Shown here: positions 12,700 to 24,830 of the stretch, piece by piece
How positions within the stretch are numbered: position 1 is the first letter of the stretch
How the letters are laid out: each line of letters opens with the position of its first letter
NCBI RefSeq assembly: GCF_001194135.2
Contig: NC_068985.1
Location: forward strand, 116,024,057 to 116,088,056
Direction of reading: 5' to 3'
Source of the DNA: Octopus bimaculoides
Taxonomy: Eukaryota
DNA: 64,000 nucleotides
The notes under the pieces: generated by a model
The model's database searches: none
What the model saw: only the letters and a program-made list of their open reading frames with translations
Told to the model about the DNA's origin: nothing
Position numbers and translations under genes: made by a program

Positions 12700-13640
12700 G
12701 AGTTATATTCACCAAAATCCATGACAACAATTCCAGAATACTCTGGAAGTAAAATAATCAAACGAAAATTATCTAAGTTTTACCTCCTTCTAGACTGCAA
12801 TTTTTGCGGAACCGAGTCTACAAAATACACATCGAACATAAAATAAAACAACTTCGTAAACAATTACAAAGAGACAACCTCAATCCAGACTAACAAATGT
12901 ACACAATCACTACAAAAGACGACATTATAACACAGAAAATATCAATGGATGCATCAATAGCAATACAAGGACTAATTTGAAAGATCGTGTTTTAGACCTC
13001 ACTAACACAATTTTCGATACCTGACGGTACAAACCGAAGTCGAGAAAGATCAAAGATAATGAACCTACACAAAAAAATAGAAATTTTTCAGGACAATAAA
13101 TTGATAGAACTCCTAAAATTTTCTCTAACACCAAAATACTCTAACTGTAATGAAATACAGGACGATATTTCACACTGCTGGAGAAAACTGCGGCATACAG
13201 AGGAATTATCTGATAAGGAAAACAGACAGGAGTCATTTGTAAGAAGCAAGCAGTTACAAACCTAAAAAAGTTAGGAATGAAGCATTGTATAAATTTAGAG
13301 ATTTTTTCATCCACCTTCCTATACAAAGAACAACCACACTCCAAACTCAAATACTAGTTGAAAGGAATGAAGATTCATACAAGTGCTCAAAAAAATTATG
13401 ACATTATAATTAGGGAAGCAGATAAAGGAAGAGCTGTAATTATCATGGATGTTGAACACTATAAAATTGCTATATGATCTCAACTAAAATATAAGACCTA
13501 TTACGAAAAGGTAGATAATTACCAACAACAAAAGAAGATGAAAAAACTGAACACTCCCATTCATAGTAACCAAAAAGTTTTTTAAAAAATCAAAGAAATC
13601 CCCTTAAAACAATGCCTAGTTGAAAAAAACCCATTAAAAG
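12700..13640 (+). mobile_element. Penelope-like element N-terminal/pre-RT fragment (degenerate)
   Basis: ELLKFSLTPK..N.IQDDISHCWRKLRHTE and DIIIREADKGRAVIIMDVEHYK (the conserved DKG motif upstream of PLE RT). Confidence 0.75.
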
Positions 13641-13742
13641 CCTATATGCAAAGTGTTTCATAACAGGGTTGCAGACAGTGGCATATCAATGAAATCGTGA
13701 TCAGAAATATATTACAGAATGTCAATTATATTGGCACCACGA

Positions 13743-13805
<63 letters not shown>

Positions 13806-13809
<4 letters not shown>

Positions 13810-14638
13810 GTCTGTTCAATAAGTATCCAGACTGTTGTCAGAGTAATGAAATTAAAGCACAGAGAGTGAAGCCGCTTGGCACAGATTGACCTTGAACTCT
13901 GCTGTGCATGCGCATTAATTTTTTAGATTCTAGCTCACTTCAGCTGTTTACAGCCGTGCTTGGAAGAAACGTGTGTAGCATGTAATCGTCACATTGATCA
14001 TGACAGAAAGTTGATCAGAGAATTTGCATCACATTTTGGCGAAACCTTGTCGATAACTGCTCAGAGGCCTACGCAAAGTTTTCAAAACGTTTTCATTGTT
14101 TTCGGCACAGTCAAGGAGATCCCGTGCAACTGAAACCCAAGTGTCTATTTGGTCAGCTGGAAGCAGTTTTGACACAAATTTGGGACACACGCATCTCATA
14201 CCCAAATGTTCTGTGATAATGGACTGAACTGAACCGTATCTAATTTGCACATCCTGTGATTCTACGATTTTCCCTCACAGCTACACGCACTTCTGCGAGG
14301 TTTTTCTCAGTTCTGCTGGTTCTTGGTCTCCCAGAACGTTCTTCACTATCGACATTCTTTCGACCATCTTGGAAGCGTCTGTTCCACTCGTACATTTGTG
14401 TGCAGCTCATGCACTCTTCTCCATACACTTTCTACAACTTGGCGTAGGCCTATGAGCAATTATCGCCATGATAACTTTCTCTGTCATGGTCAATGCGACG
14501 ATCACAGTCTACACACCTTCTTTGGAAGCACGTCTTGCAGAGCAAAGTTCAAGATCGATGTGTACCAAGCGGCTTCACTTTTCGCGCTTTAGCTTAGTTA
14601 CTATCTCAACCGTCCGGATGCTTATTGATCAGACCTCG
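13806..14638. mobile_element. Mariner-derived element made of two inverted 5' ends; transposase HTH fragment on the - strand
   Basis: TIRs CGTGGTCTGTTCAATAAGTATCCAGACTGT (13806-13835) and ACCGTCCGGATGCTTATTGATCAGACCTCG (14609-14638) followed by TA; - strand encodes YGEECMS..QMYEW.RRFQDGRKNVDSEERSGRPRTS and ITEHLGMRCVCPKFV.KLL. Confidence 0.88.
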
Positions 14639-14718
<80 letters not shown>

Positions 14719-14819
14719 CTCATATATATGATTTCATTCTTTCACACGTTTCAGCCTTCACGCTGCGGCCATGCTGGAGCACCACCAGCGTAATCTTGTC
14801 AATGACTAATCCTATGTGA

Positions 14820-16550
14820 TTAGCTTTGGTGAAGGGGGGACTTCGACACTGTTGCCATCTTTTGAGTTTCCTGCTTGATATAGATTCATCAGGGATCTTG
14901 AATAACAGTAGGTCAAGTTGTGTATTAAATAAATATACTCCTACTCCATGAATTGCTGGAGATGTTTGCGTTTTGCAAAGGCATTAAAAAACGGTGAGCC
15001 ATTGAATACCAAGACGGGGTAGCTGGGACCTTTGGAACAATAACGTAACGTCCAGTTCAGGGGCTGGAATAGCTCGCGATATCAAAATGTTGTGCCGGTC
15101 CCTCCAGGGTCTTCCATACAGATATCATTGCATACCACTCTGGTGTTCGCTCCAAAGATTAAAGTTGTAGCTCTATCAGTCTCTCCAAGTAATTCATCTG
15201 TTGTATTGATGCACTCTACCTGGTACAGCGGCGCTGAACTGCCTCAAACTCTGCTATTAATTTGACACTGTAAGGTGACCACAGTTGAGGACAGTAGTCC
15301 ACACAGCTGTTTTCAAATGTCCAAAGATTAAAGTTGTAGCTCTATCAGTCTCTGCAAGTAGTTCAGCTGTTGTATTGATGCACTCTACCTGGTACAGCAG
15401 CGCTGAACTGCCTCAAATTCTGCTATTAATTTGACACTGTAAGGTGACCACAGTTGAGGACTGTAGNNNNNNNNNNNNNNNNNNNNNNNNNNNNNNNNNN
15501 NNNNNNNNNNNNNNNNNNNNNNNNNNNNNNNNNNNNNNNNNNNNNNNNNNNNNNNNNNNNNNNNNNNNNNNNNNNNNNNNNNNNNNNNNNNNNNNNNNNN
15601 NNNNNNNNNNNNNNNNNNNNNNGGCGCTGAACTGCCTCAAACTCTGCTATTAATTTGACACTGTAAGGTGACCACAGTTGAGGACAGTAGTCCACACAGC
15701 TGTTTTCAAATGTCCAAAGATTAAAGTTGTAGCTCTATCAGTCTCTGCAAGTAGTTCAGCTGTTGTATTGATGCACTCTACCTGGTACAGCAGCGCTGAA
15801 CTGCCTCAAATTCTGCTATTAATTTGACACTGTAAGGTGACCACAGTTGAGGACTGTAGTCCACACAGCTGTTTTACAAACGTCCTCTATAGAACCACTA
15901 TAGCTTCCTGGTCCCTTATTCTGAAGCTTCTCAGGATCCATCCGGCCACTAACCGTCACACTCCCAACGTCTTGGTGATGTGTACGTGAAATGAGTCATC
16001 GTTGCTCATACCACTTCCCAGATTACGCACTGTACGTGACTCTGGGATTACCGCCCCTTTTATTCCACGTTATGATTGTTGTGGCTTCTGAGCACCATTT
16101 AGCTGGTAGCGGAGGATCTGGAATTTACGTGCATTAAATTGCATGTTGTTTTCTTCAGCACCATTCATATATGGCATCGAGGTCTTTTTTAGTAAATTAG
16201 AATCAGAAGGCTCCTTGGCTGCTTATACTGCTTTTGTGTCGTCAGCATTGTTAATTAGTGCAGATATCTGTGTAACTGATGTCTCGTCTGAAAGAGCCAC
16301 CATAAACAGTAGCGTCCCCAATACTGTCCCCTGAGTGACAGCACTCTCTACTACTCTCTCCTTGGAGAGGGCCACATTGACTGTCACATTGCCAAAGGTT
16401 GGCTTCTGTCTTTTAAGAAGTCTTGTAATCACTCACCCATTTTTACGATTATGCAGAATCTTCCTAGCTTGTGACATCTCATCCAGTGTTAGACCCTATT
16501 AAAAGCCTTTGCAAAATCGAGATATATCATATCCACGTTTGAGCGATTCC
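14820..16550 (-). mobile_element. CR1/L2-like LINE, RT and 3' end (degenerate, with an internal tandem duplication)
   Basis: NVDMIYLDFAKAF, VTQGTVLGTLLF..NADDTK, QFNARKFQILRY, GWILRSFR, DYCPQLWSP..EAVQR, SLERT..WKTLEG, LD.LL.KIPDE. Confidence 0.88.
15151..15875. repeat. 169-bp tandem repeat of a LINE RT segment spanning a gap
   Basis: TCCAAAGATTAAAGTTGTAGC starts at 15151, 15320 and 15713. Confidence 0.9.
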
Positions 16551-17169
16551 TTAAGTGTTTCAACATCCAGTCATAATTCAATTACGATTTAAAAGCAGTG
16601 CTAGTGTTGTAAATATTGGCAACCCCACATACTCGATCTGTGTGTTCTGCTTGTTCGCCGCTTCACTGTGGCATAGCACCTTAGATATGACTACCTCATC
16701 GCACTGGATGTGGAAACACTTGAAAGTCATAGACAAACAAGACAAGTCATCTCCCCCACCACCACCACCACCACCACCAATCACAGTATCAGTATCCATC
16801 ACTCCTGAATGGGATGGGTCTGAGTCGTTCGCCTATCTGTGAGAGTCTGGTCTTTGAAAACCCAGTGCTATGAGGGTATCTTCACCAAAGCGTTATACCA
16901 CACTTAAGCGTCGAACAAGCTGAACTCCAGCATTGAGTATGTGCGGTCGGTCATACACACGCACACATACATACATTGACATACAAACATACATACACAC
17001 ACACACACACACACATATAGAGAGAGGGGGGAAAGAGAGAGAGAGAGAAAGAGAAAGAGGTAAGATAAAAAAAAAAACACAGAAGATTTGTTTTACAGGA
17101 TTTAAGAGTTTATTAGATCCACGATAATAAAGATATACAATCTTGTAGAAAATAAGGTTTTGTTCTTTC

Positions 17170-18290
17170 AACATAATTGAAGGACGGGTTTCGCATTGCT
17201 CATCAAACTGAGAGTTGAAAGAGATAAATTGCTAGGGAAAAAAAAATATTGCCAGGGGAGATAATTGTTCATTCATTTGTTTTTCAGTAAAGGGGAGGTA
17301 AATCCGTAATTTATTTTATTTTATTTTATTTTATTTTTTGGTGTGTGCTCTGCTTTATTCTGGGTTACATCTTCCATTAGAAGGGGTAAGTCCTGTATTT
17401 TTAATAGGGTTTCATATTTAATTCTGGTTTATATTTTTGGGTAAATGAGGCTTCTTTATTCAGTCTTACTCATGTTGACGTTCAGAAGGCAAGTTGATAA
17501 AATGGGAAAATTTCGAATTGTGGTTGTAATCGTCCTGCACATTCGCAATGTGTTGGCTGAGGTATATTTGGCGATATTGTGGGGAGGAAATTTGTTGTAT
17601 CTGGACCGTACATCTCTTTCGGACCGAATGTCATGTAGATCCAATATAATTTCGATGGCAGCCCGAGCATCTAATTACCTAAATGAGGTTTTGGAAGGCG
17701 CAACAGAAGTTAAACTTGAACTTGAATTTTGTCCTTGTCTCAAATGAAATTCAGATCCTTCCAACATATTGGGATATGATCCGCAATTAGGGCGACAGCA
17801 TTTTACGAATCTTGCGTCCTTTGTTCTAGAGAAAAGTTTGGCATTGGTGAGCATTTTTGTTCAATGTTTTAAGCTTTTTGTTGCTCTTAATGATTTTATG
17901 GTTGCATAGACACTCCTTAAATGTGGAGACCCTATGGAGTATTGGAAGATTTTGGACGATGATATTGAATGTTTCTTTGTTTCTGGGGTTATATGTGCAG
18001 ACATATAACCCCATGTTGTTGTGTCTGGCTTTTCTTAATGTTTTAATATTAATCGATTTTGCACGTTTAATTGCTTCATTTATGAGTTGAGTTGCGTAGT
18101 GCCTGTCCTGAAGTACATTTTTAAGCAATCTTTGTTCTCTGGTACTTTTCTCGGATACTATGATGCGAATCCTTCTCGCAAGGTTGAAAGAGATCTCAAT
18201 TTTGATATGTCTCGGGTATTTCCGAAAATGATATTTCCAAAAACGATTTTGAGGGATATATAATCCTGGCGGATTCCGTTTTACTTATAA
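17170..18290 (-). mobile_element. Penelope-like element 3' part: RT thumb, Cys linker, GIY-YIG endonuclease, start of 3' pLTR
   Basis: ISFNLARRIRIIVSEK, LQDRHY..LI.EAIKRA..TYNPRN..I.QNLPIL, KCCRPNCG, NLI*VIRCSGCHRNYIGST. Confidence 0.85.
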
Positions 18291-18708
18291 TCAGTTTTTA
18301 ATTACGCTATCCACAGTGAGTGTTGGTCAACTCAGGTTAGTTAAAATTTATTCTAATTAGTTTTTCCTAATTTGGTAAATCTAAATATCCTCATAAGTTT
18401 GCGTAGCTTCCGTCGAGAAAATAACGAAATTAATGAAAATCAGGAGAACGGAGAAAGGTGCACATCCGACTTTTATTATGCAGTTATTTACATCGTTCTT
18501 ATAGCGATATTGTTGAAATGATAGAACATATTATTTCGTGAAAATAATTGTAAATCACTACAAAAGTAATTGTAATATTAAATCGCAAACTTGAATAGAA
18601 ATATAGCGCAAAGCAGTCAATCATATCTCACAAATTTCTTCGTAAGTGCAGCATGAAAAGAAAACTGGACCGCAGGGTATATATGAAATAAGAATGTGTG
18701 AGATCCTC

Positions 18709-18722
18709 TTTCTTTCTTTCTT

Positions 18723-18764
<42 letters not shown>

Positions 18765-18776
18765 CATCTATCCATG

Positions 18777-18808
<32 letters not shown>

Positions 18809-18825
18809 CACCTATCCATCTATCC

Positions 18826-18858
<33 letters not shown>

Positions 18859-18885
18859 GATGTCTGTCTGTCTGTCTGTCTGTCT
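18709..18885. repeat. (CTTT)/(CT)/(CTAT)/(CTGT) compound microsatellite
   Basis: Visible repeats. Confidence 0.95.
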
Positions 18886-19167
18886 GACTTTCACACACTA
18901 TCTCTTTAAGTGGGTGTGCGTGTGCCTGCGTGTGCGTGTATGAGTGTATAGGTGTGTGTATATGTGTGTGTATGTATTTGTTTGTCTGTACGTGGTTAAA
19001 ATTTACAGCTAAAAGTACACGTATATATTTTTTGCATATAAACTGACAAGCACAAACACACACGCACATTAAGAGGACGAAAGAAGTAGTAAGAGGAGGG
19101 GTTAGAGGTGAAACAGGAGCAGGAGAGGTGGGTGGGACAAAGAAGATGTCGAAATAATGGATGCTAA

Positions 19168-19530
19168 AGAAGAAGAAGAAGAAGAAGAAGAAGAAGAAGA
19201 AGAAGAAGAAGAAGAAGAATGAGGAGGAGGAGGAGGAGGAAGAAGAAGAAGAAGAACAAGAACAACAACAACAACAAATAGAAAGAAGAAGAAGATGAAG
19301 AAGAAGAAGAACAACAACAACAACAGCAACAAGTAGAAAGAAGAAGAAGAAGAAGAAGAAGAAGAAGAAGAAGAAGAAGAAGAAGAAGAAGAAGAAGAAG
19401 AAGAAGAAGAAGAAGAAGAAGAAGAAGCGGAAAAAAGACGAAAAGAAGAACAGAGCAAATGTAAACAAAAAGAAGAGAAAGAGGTAAAAGAAAAAAAGAA
19501 GAGTAAGATGAAGAAGAAAAGAAAGAGGAG
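19168..19530. repeat. (AAG)n-rich microsatellite
   Basis: Visible repeats. Confidence 0.95.
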
Positions 19531-19740
19531 GTTATAGTATTTTAGATGTAAGAGTTAATTTAGAAGCTTAGTCTCCATTATACCATAACTTCAAGAGATT
19601 TCTTGAAGAAGCTAATTTCAAACATCTTACAACATATTTCATCTCCTGTAAGCTCATTGGCTCTTCATTCATTCTATATATATGTGTGAATGTGTTTGTA
19701 TACGCGCGTATGGGTGCGTATGCGTACTTGTATGTGTGTG

Positions 19741-19797
<57 letters not shown>

Positions 19798-19857
19798 AGT
19801 TGCGTCAATTTAGACTTAGCACATCGTGCAATTCTTTCTTGATATTACTACCAATAC

Positions 19858-20012
19858 AACGGCGGCGTGCTGGCAGAATCGTTAGCACTCAAGATCCTAA
19901 TGCTTAGCAGCATTTCGTCCGTCTTAACGTTCCGAGGTCAAATTCCACCTAGGTTATGCACTGGAGTCGATTCCTTCGGAATTGCTGGCCTTGTGCCAAA
20001 ATTTGAAATCCA
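19858..20012 (+). mobile_element. SINE-1, internally deleted
   Basis: GGCGGCGTGCTGGCAGAATCGTTAGCAC head, GTCAAATTCCACC B-box-like motif, GGCCTTGTGCCAAAATTTG tail. Confidence 0.85.
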
Positions 20013-20064
20013 TATTACACGGATACACATGTGTGTGTGTGTGTATGAGTGAGTGTAGGTGAAG

Positions 20065-20398
20065 AGGTAACGAAGAGGTAAAGACCCCCTTCGGTCACGA
20101 ATGACCATGGGATTGCATCAAAAAAATATTTTAAAGTTGCCCTCCGCGGCACAAGTCCGGGCCTGGTTGTTTCTGGAAGACCAGGAGTCACCCATACATA
20201 CCAGCCTCCCTTTTCCACGGCAAAGGTTGATGAAGCGCGGCAGCAGTGACGTCGCAACTCATTTTTACGGCTGAGTGAACTGGGGCAACGTCAATTAAAG
20301 TGTCTTGCTCAGAACACAACACAGAGACCGGCCAGGGGATCGAACTCAGTACCTCATGATCGTGAGCCCCACTCTCTAACCACTCAGCCATGCGCTTT
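20065..20398 (-). mobile_element. SINE-3, near full length, tRNA head plus CORE-like domain
   Basis: On the - strand: A box TGGCTGAGTGG, B box GAGTTCGATCCC, then TGTGTTCTGAGCAAGACACTT (resembles the CORE/MIR CCTTGGGCAAGTCACTT), tail CATGGTCATTCGTGACCGAAGGGGGTCTTTAC. Confidence 0.8.
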
Positions 20399-21368
20399 CT
20401 CTCTCTCTTCCTCGATCTTTCTTTGTATATGTGTATTTGTGTGTGTGTATACATGTGTATATACATATGTGCTTGTGTGTGTATACACACACACAATACT
20501 ATGTATGTGTGTGTGTGTATGTGCTAGCATATAATTTCATGATTGAAAATTATACCAATGCCCGAAATGGTTTTTGTGTGTTTTTAAATGGCTTATAAAC
20601 ACATATATATATACATATATATATGCGTACATACATATATATATACATATATNNNNNNNNNNNNNNNNNNNNNNNNNNNNNNNNNNNNNNNNNNNNNNNN
20701 NNNNNNNNNNNNNNNNNNNNNNNNNNNNNNNNNNNNNNNNNNNNNNNNNNNNNNNNNNNNNNNNNNNNNNNNNNNNNNNNNNNNNNNNNNNNNNNNNNNN
20801 NNNNNNNNNNNNNNNNNNNNNNNNNNNNNNNNNNNNNNNNNNNNNNNNNNNNNNNNNNNNNNNNNNNNNNNNNNNNNNNNNNNNNNNNNNNNNNNNNNNN
20901 NNNNNNNNNNNNNNNNNNNNNNNNNNNNNNNNNNNNNNNNNNNNNNNNNNNNNNNNNNNNNNNNNNNNNNNNNNNNNNNNNNNNNNNNNNNNNNNNNNNN
21001 NNNNNNNNNNNNNNNNNNNNNNNNNNNNNNNNNNNNNNNNNNNNNNNNNNNNNNNNNNNNNNNNNNNNNNNNNNNNNNNNNNNNNNNNNNNNNNNNNNNN
21101 NNNNNNNNNNNNNNNNNNNNNNNNNNNNNNNNNNNNNNNNNNNNNNNNNNNNNNNNNNNNNNNNNNNNNNNNNNNNNNNNNNNNNNNNNNNNNNNNNNNN
21201 NNNNNNNNNNNNNNNNNNNNNNNNNNNNNNNNNNNNNNNNNNNNNNNNNNNNNNNNNNNNNNNNNNNNNNNNNNNNNNNNNNNNNNNNNNNNNNNNNNNN
21301 NNNNNNNNNNNNNNNNNNNNNNNNNNNNNNNNNNNNNNNACATATATATATACATATATATATATATA

Positions 21369-22328
21369 TGCTATTACGCTTGCCTCTGTAGAGGGCTCTT
21401 CATTAGAATTTGGGCCCAACATTATTTTCAAGCATTGAACAATTTTCATCAAAACAATGATATAATTTGTCGACCTGGAACTGCCTTTCTTTCTCTCTCT
21501 CTCTCTCTTTTCTGTTGATTGTTTTCAACCATCACCACTACCACTATCCCCACCACAACTGCTATACACAAACCATTCAGTCTTTTGACACCATCACCAT
21601 CAATACGTTTGACTTCGCTACCTTCCCCTCCACCACCTTCATTACTATCTTCCCATCGCTTACTCTTACCGTCACCACTGACCACCATCATCATCACTGC
21701 TGCCTCCGCCTCTCTCACAACTACGGCTCATACTATAACTATGGCTCCATCATGAGGAATAGTAGAAGTGTCATTGACTAGTGAGATAGGGTGTCTAAGT
21801 GTGACACACTGACACATAGAAATTAGTTTTCCTATTCATTATATTATATATATATATATATNNNNNNNNNNNNNNNNNNNNNNNNNNNNNNNNNNNNNNN
21901 NNNNNNNNNNNNNNNNNNNNNNNNNNNNNNNNNNNNNNNNNNNNNNNNNNNNNNNNNNNNNNNNNNNNNNNNNNNNNNNNNNNNNNNNNNNNNNNNNNNN
22001 NNNNNNNNNNNNNNNNNNNNNNNNNNNNNNNNNNNNNNNNNNNNNNNNNNNNNNNNNNNNNNNNNNNNNNNNNNNNNNNNNNNNNNNNNNNNNNNNNNNN
22101 NNNNNNNNNNNNNNNNNNNNNNNNNNNNNNNNNNNNNNNNNNNNNNNNNNNNNNNNNNNNNNNNNNNNNNNNNNNNNNNNNNNNNNNNNNNNNNNNNNNN
22201 NNNNTATATATATATATATATATATTAAAAGTTTAACATACATATTAAATATGTACTCAATGCATGAAGTGTTATTGTTGGGCCCAAAGCCTAATGAAGA
22301 GCCCTCTATAGAGGCACGTTTAGTAGTA
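21369..22328. repeat. Pair of about 75-bp inverted repeats (21369-21440 and 22254-22328); possible TIR element
   Basis: TGCCTCTGTAGAGGGCTCTTCATTAGAATTTGGGCCCAAC versus the reverse complement of GTTGGGCCCAAAGCCTAATGAAGAGCCCTCTATAGAGGCA. Confidence 0.75.
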
Positions 22329-22721
22329 TATATATGAGAAAGGTTGAGTTCAATTAGGTCCAAAGTGAGATATCTAGTAAAGATTCTTAATTGTTTGCTG
22401 ACTTTAAATAGGACTGTGAATAAAGGCAGCTGTCTCACCGTTTATTTAGGATTTACCGATTAATTTCTACATGTATTTACAATACAGGATCAACACAGAG
22501 CCGAAATCAACAATGCATACTTATATAAGCATGCAAAATTACAGATGTACTGCTTTCTTTATAGATGCATACGAGCGTGCATTTCTGTGTGTGTGTAAGT
22601 GTGTTTGTGTTTGTATGTGTGAGTTCTTGCATAGAAAGAGATGGTTCGATAGATAAATACATAAAAAATCAAAAGAACAAACAACCAAATATGCATATAC
22701 ACATATATAATCATATGCGTG

Positions 22722-22753
<32 letters not shown>

Positions 22754-23114
22754 NNNNNNNNNNNNNNNNNNNNNNNNNNNNNNNNNNNNNNNNNNNNNNN
22801 NNNNNNNNNNNNNNNNNNNNNNNNNNNNNNNNNNNNNNNNNNNNNNNNNNNNNNNNNNNNNNNNNNNNNNNNNNNNNNNNNNNNNNNNNNNNNNNNNNNN
22901 NNNNNNNNNNNNNNNNNNNNNNNNNNNNNNNNNNNNNNNNNNNNNNNNNNNNNNNNNNNNNNNNNNNNNNNNNNNNNNNNNNNNNNNNNNNNNNNNNNNN
23001 NNNNNNNNNNNNNNNNNNNNNNNNNNNNNNNNNNNNNNNNNNNNNNNNNNNNNNNNNNNNNNNNNNNNNNNNNNNNNNNNNNNNNNNNNNNNNNNNNNNN
23101 NNNNNNNNNNNNNN

Positions 23115-23148
<34 letters not shown>

Positions 23149-24092
23149 TATATAAATATATATGCATGTGTGTGCGTATATATATTACTTTATGACATTT
23201 TTGTTAAAGGGCCATGAAAATAACTGCCCTCGCTATTTCAAAAGAAAACTTTATGGAATGTTGCTAAAATTATCTGCTGGGTATAGTTAAAATCTCACTT
23301 GAAATCAGTAAAGGATGTATCGACTTATTACTTCTAACCCTGAAGACTGTGTCAGAGTGATTGCAGTTTAACACTTTCTGTGGATTTTTATTGTTGCACT
23401 TAATAACGTTAAGCATTTTCTTACGCAATAACCTTGAGATGAAGAATTTATGATAATACAGAAATAGAGACAGTAATAAGAAACAGATCATAAAGGGAAA
23501 CCAAAAATACGAAAATTAGTATAGCACTACATAGATTAATTAGTTCTCAGGAAATTGAATGTTTAAATCGACACAAGTTTGAGACTTTCTTTGATGTTGT
23601 TCTGTTGCATTGTTTGTTTTAATTTCTATGAAATCATGACGTGCATTAGTTAGAAACCAATCCATCATTAGCTAAAGAAAAAACCGTGTGTAAAAGACAA
23701 ATATATATAGAAAGGTGTGTATTATCACATACATCATACACGTACAGGTACCCGCGTAAAAGACTAACATATATAGAAAGGTAAGCATTATCATGTAGCG
23801 GTCCGTACACATACACGAACATGTACATATACACGCACATACACATGCACACGTACTTATTTACAACGAATTAATGCAGGGCTTTATGCCCTTGTACCAT
23901 AGATATCATATCTCATCTGTACTTATCATCATGTGTGCATTATGTACCAACAGATTTGCACTAAAACCTTGAAATACCCGATATCGCGGAGAAAGAGCAA
24001 AAGAGATTATCGCGAATTCCCCAAATCTAATCTGTTAGTGGCACAAAGAAGATTAAGAAAACATTTCAAAATTGCTCCATCTAAGATTCTTA

Positions 24093-24309
24093 TGAGGGAG
24101 TAGTGAAAAGTTCCTGGCTTTTTAAGAGTGTCATAAAAGGCTTGGTCGTAGGCCCAAACGTCCGAGTTGTTTTCCAGGGATTAGAAAAATTGAAGGATTG
24201 CAGCAATAAGTGTGACTCTGTGAGAGGAATATGTTGAATAAAATCATAATTAACTGATCTTCCCCTATTTTCTTTGATCCAAAGCCAGGAACTTTTCGGC
24301 TCGCCCACG
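24093..24309 (+). mobile_element. Mariner-derived MITE/deletion derivative
   Basis: TIR core GAAAAGTTCCTGGCTT / AAGCCAGGAACTTTTC; internal relic of a mariner C-terminus (FQGLEKLKDC.NKC...GEYVE*). Confidence 0.8.
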
Positions 24310-24559
24310 AATGTAAAGAGATGCTACGGTGTATAAATCGACAGCTCAACTAACACACTGCTTCAACCACATATTTACAAACACCGCGGATACATTGGGA
24401 CCTCTTTTAACTCAAACTTTTCTAAGCCCTGTATAAGAACGGGGAAGGTTGTGCTTCCAACCAAACCTTTTACGATACCATTAGAGCCAGGAATATTTCA
24501 GCACCTACCTCGTATATACAGACACACAGACAGACATAGGGACCACGGGAAACAGTATG

Positions 24560-24830
24560 TTGGTATTATAAATCAGCTGCCCACTGGAAAGTATTGAAGT
24601 AAAGCGTTTATGGACCATTTATATTCGCCAGTACAAATATGCACTTCTAATGTTATACCTGTTGTTATTGGAGCGAGAGATATGTACTAAATTACCTGGA
24701 GTAAAATATTGCTGAACTTGGGTTCTTGGAGAGAGAATGTTGCCCATTAATTAATATGGTGCAAATAATCATGATAACTGAGATTATACAATTCTGCAAG
24801 AACTCCTTAATATTTTAAAAGCTGATAAAC
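24560..24830 (+). mobile_element. Possible old RLE-type LINE 3' relic
   Basis: ISCPLESIEVK and NVIPVVIGA resemble the RLE motifs of the other copies. Confidence 0.35.

Noticed and set aside
12700-18290. The + strand Penelope N-terminal fragment and the - strand C-terminal fragment as one inverted element
   Set aside because: They are 3.5 kb apart with unrelated insertions between, and they share no overlap or junction.
19563-19647. Possible 84-nt phase-0 exon (KLSLHYTITSRDFLKKLISNILQHISSP) between TTTAG and GTAAGC
   Set aside because: No homology recognised; such matches are expected by chance in 64 kb.
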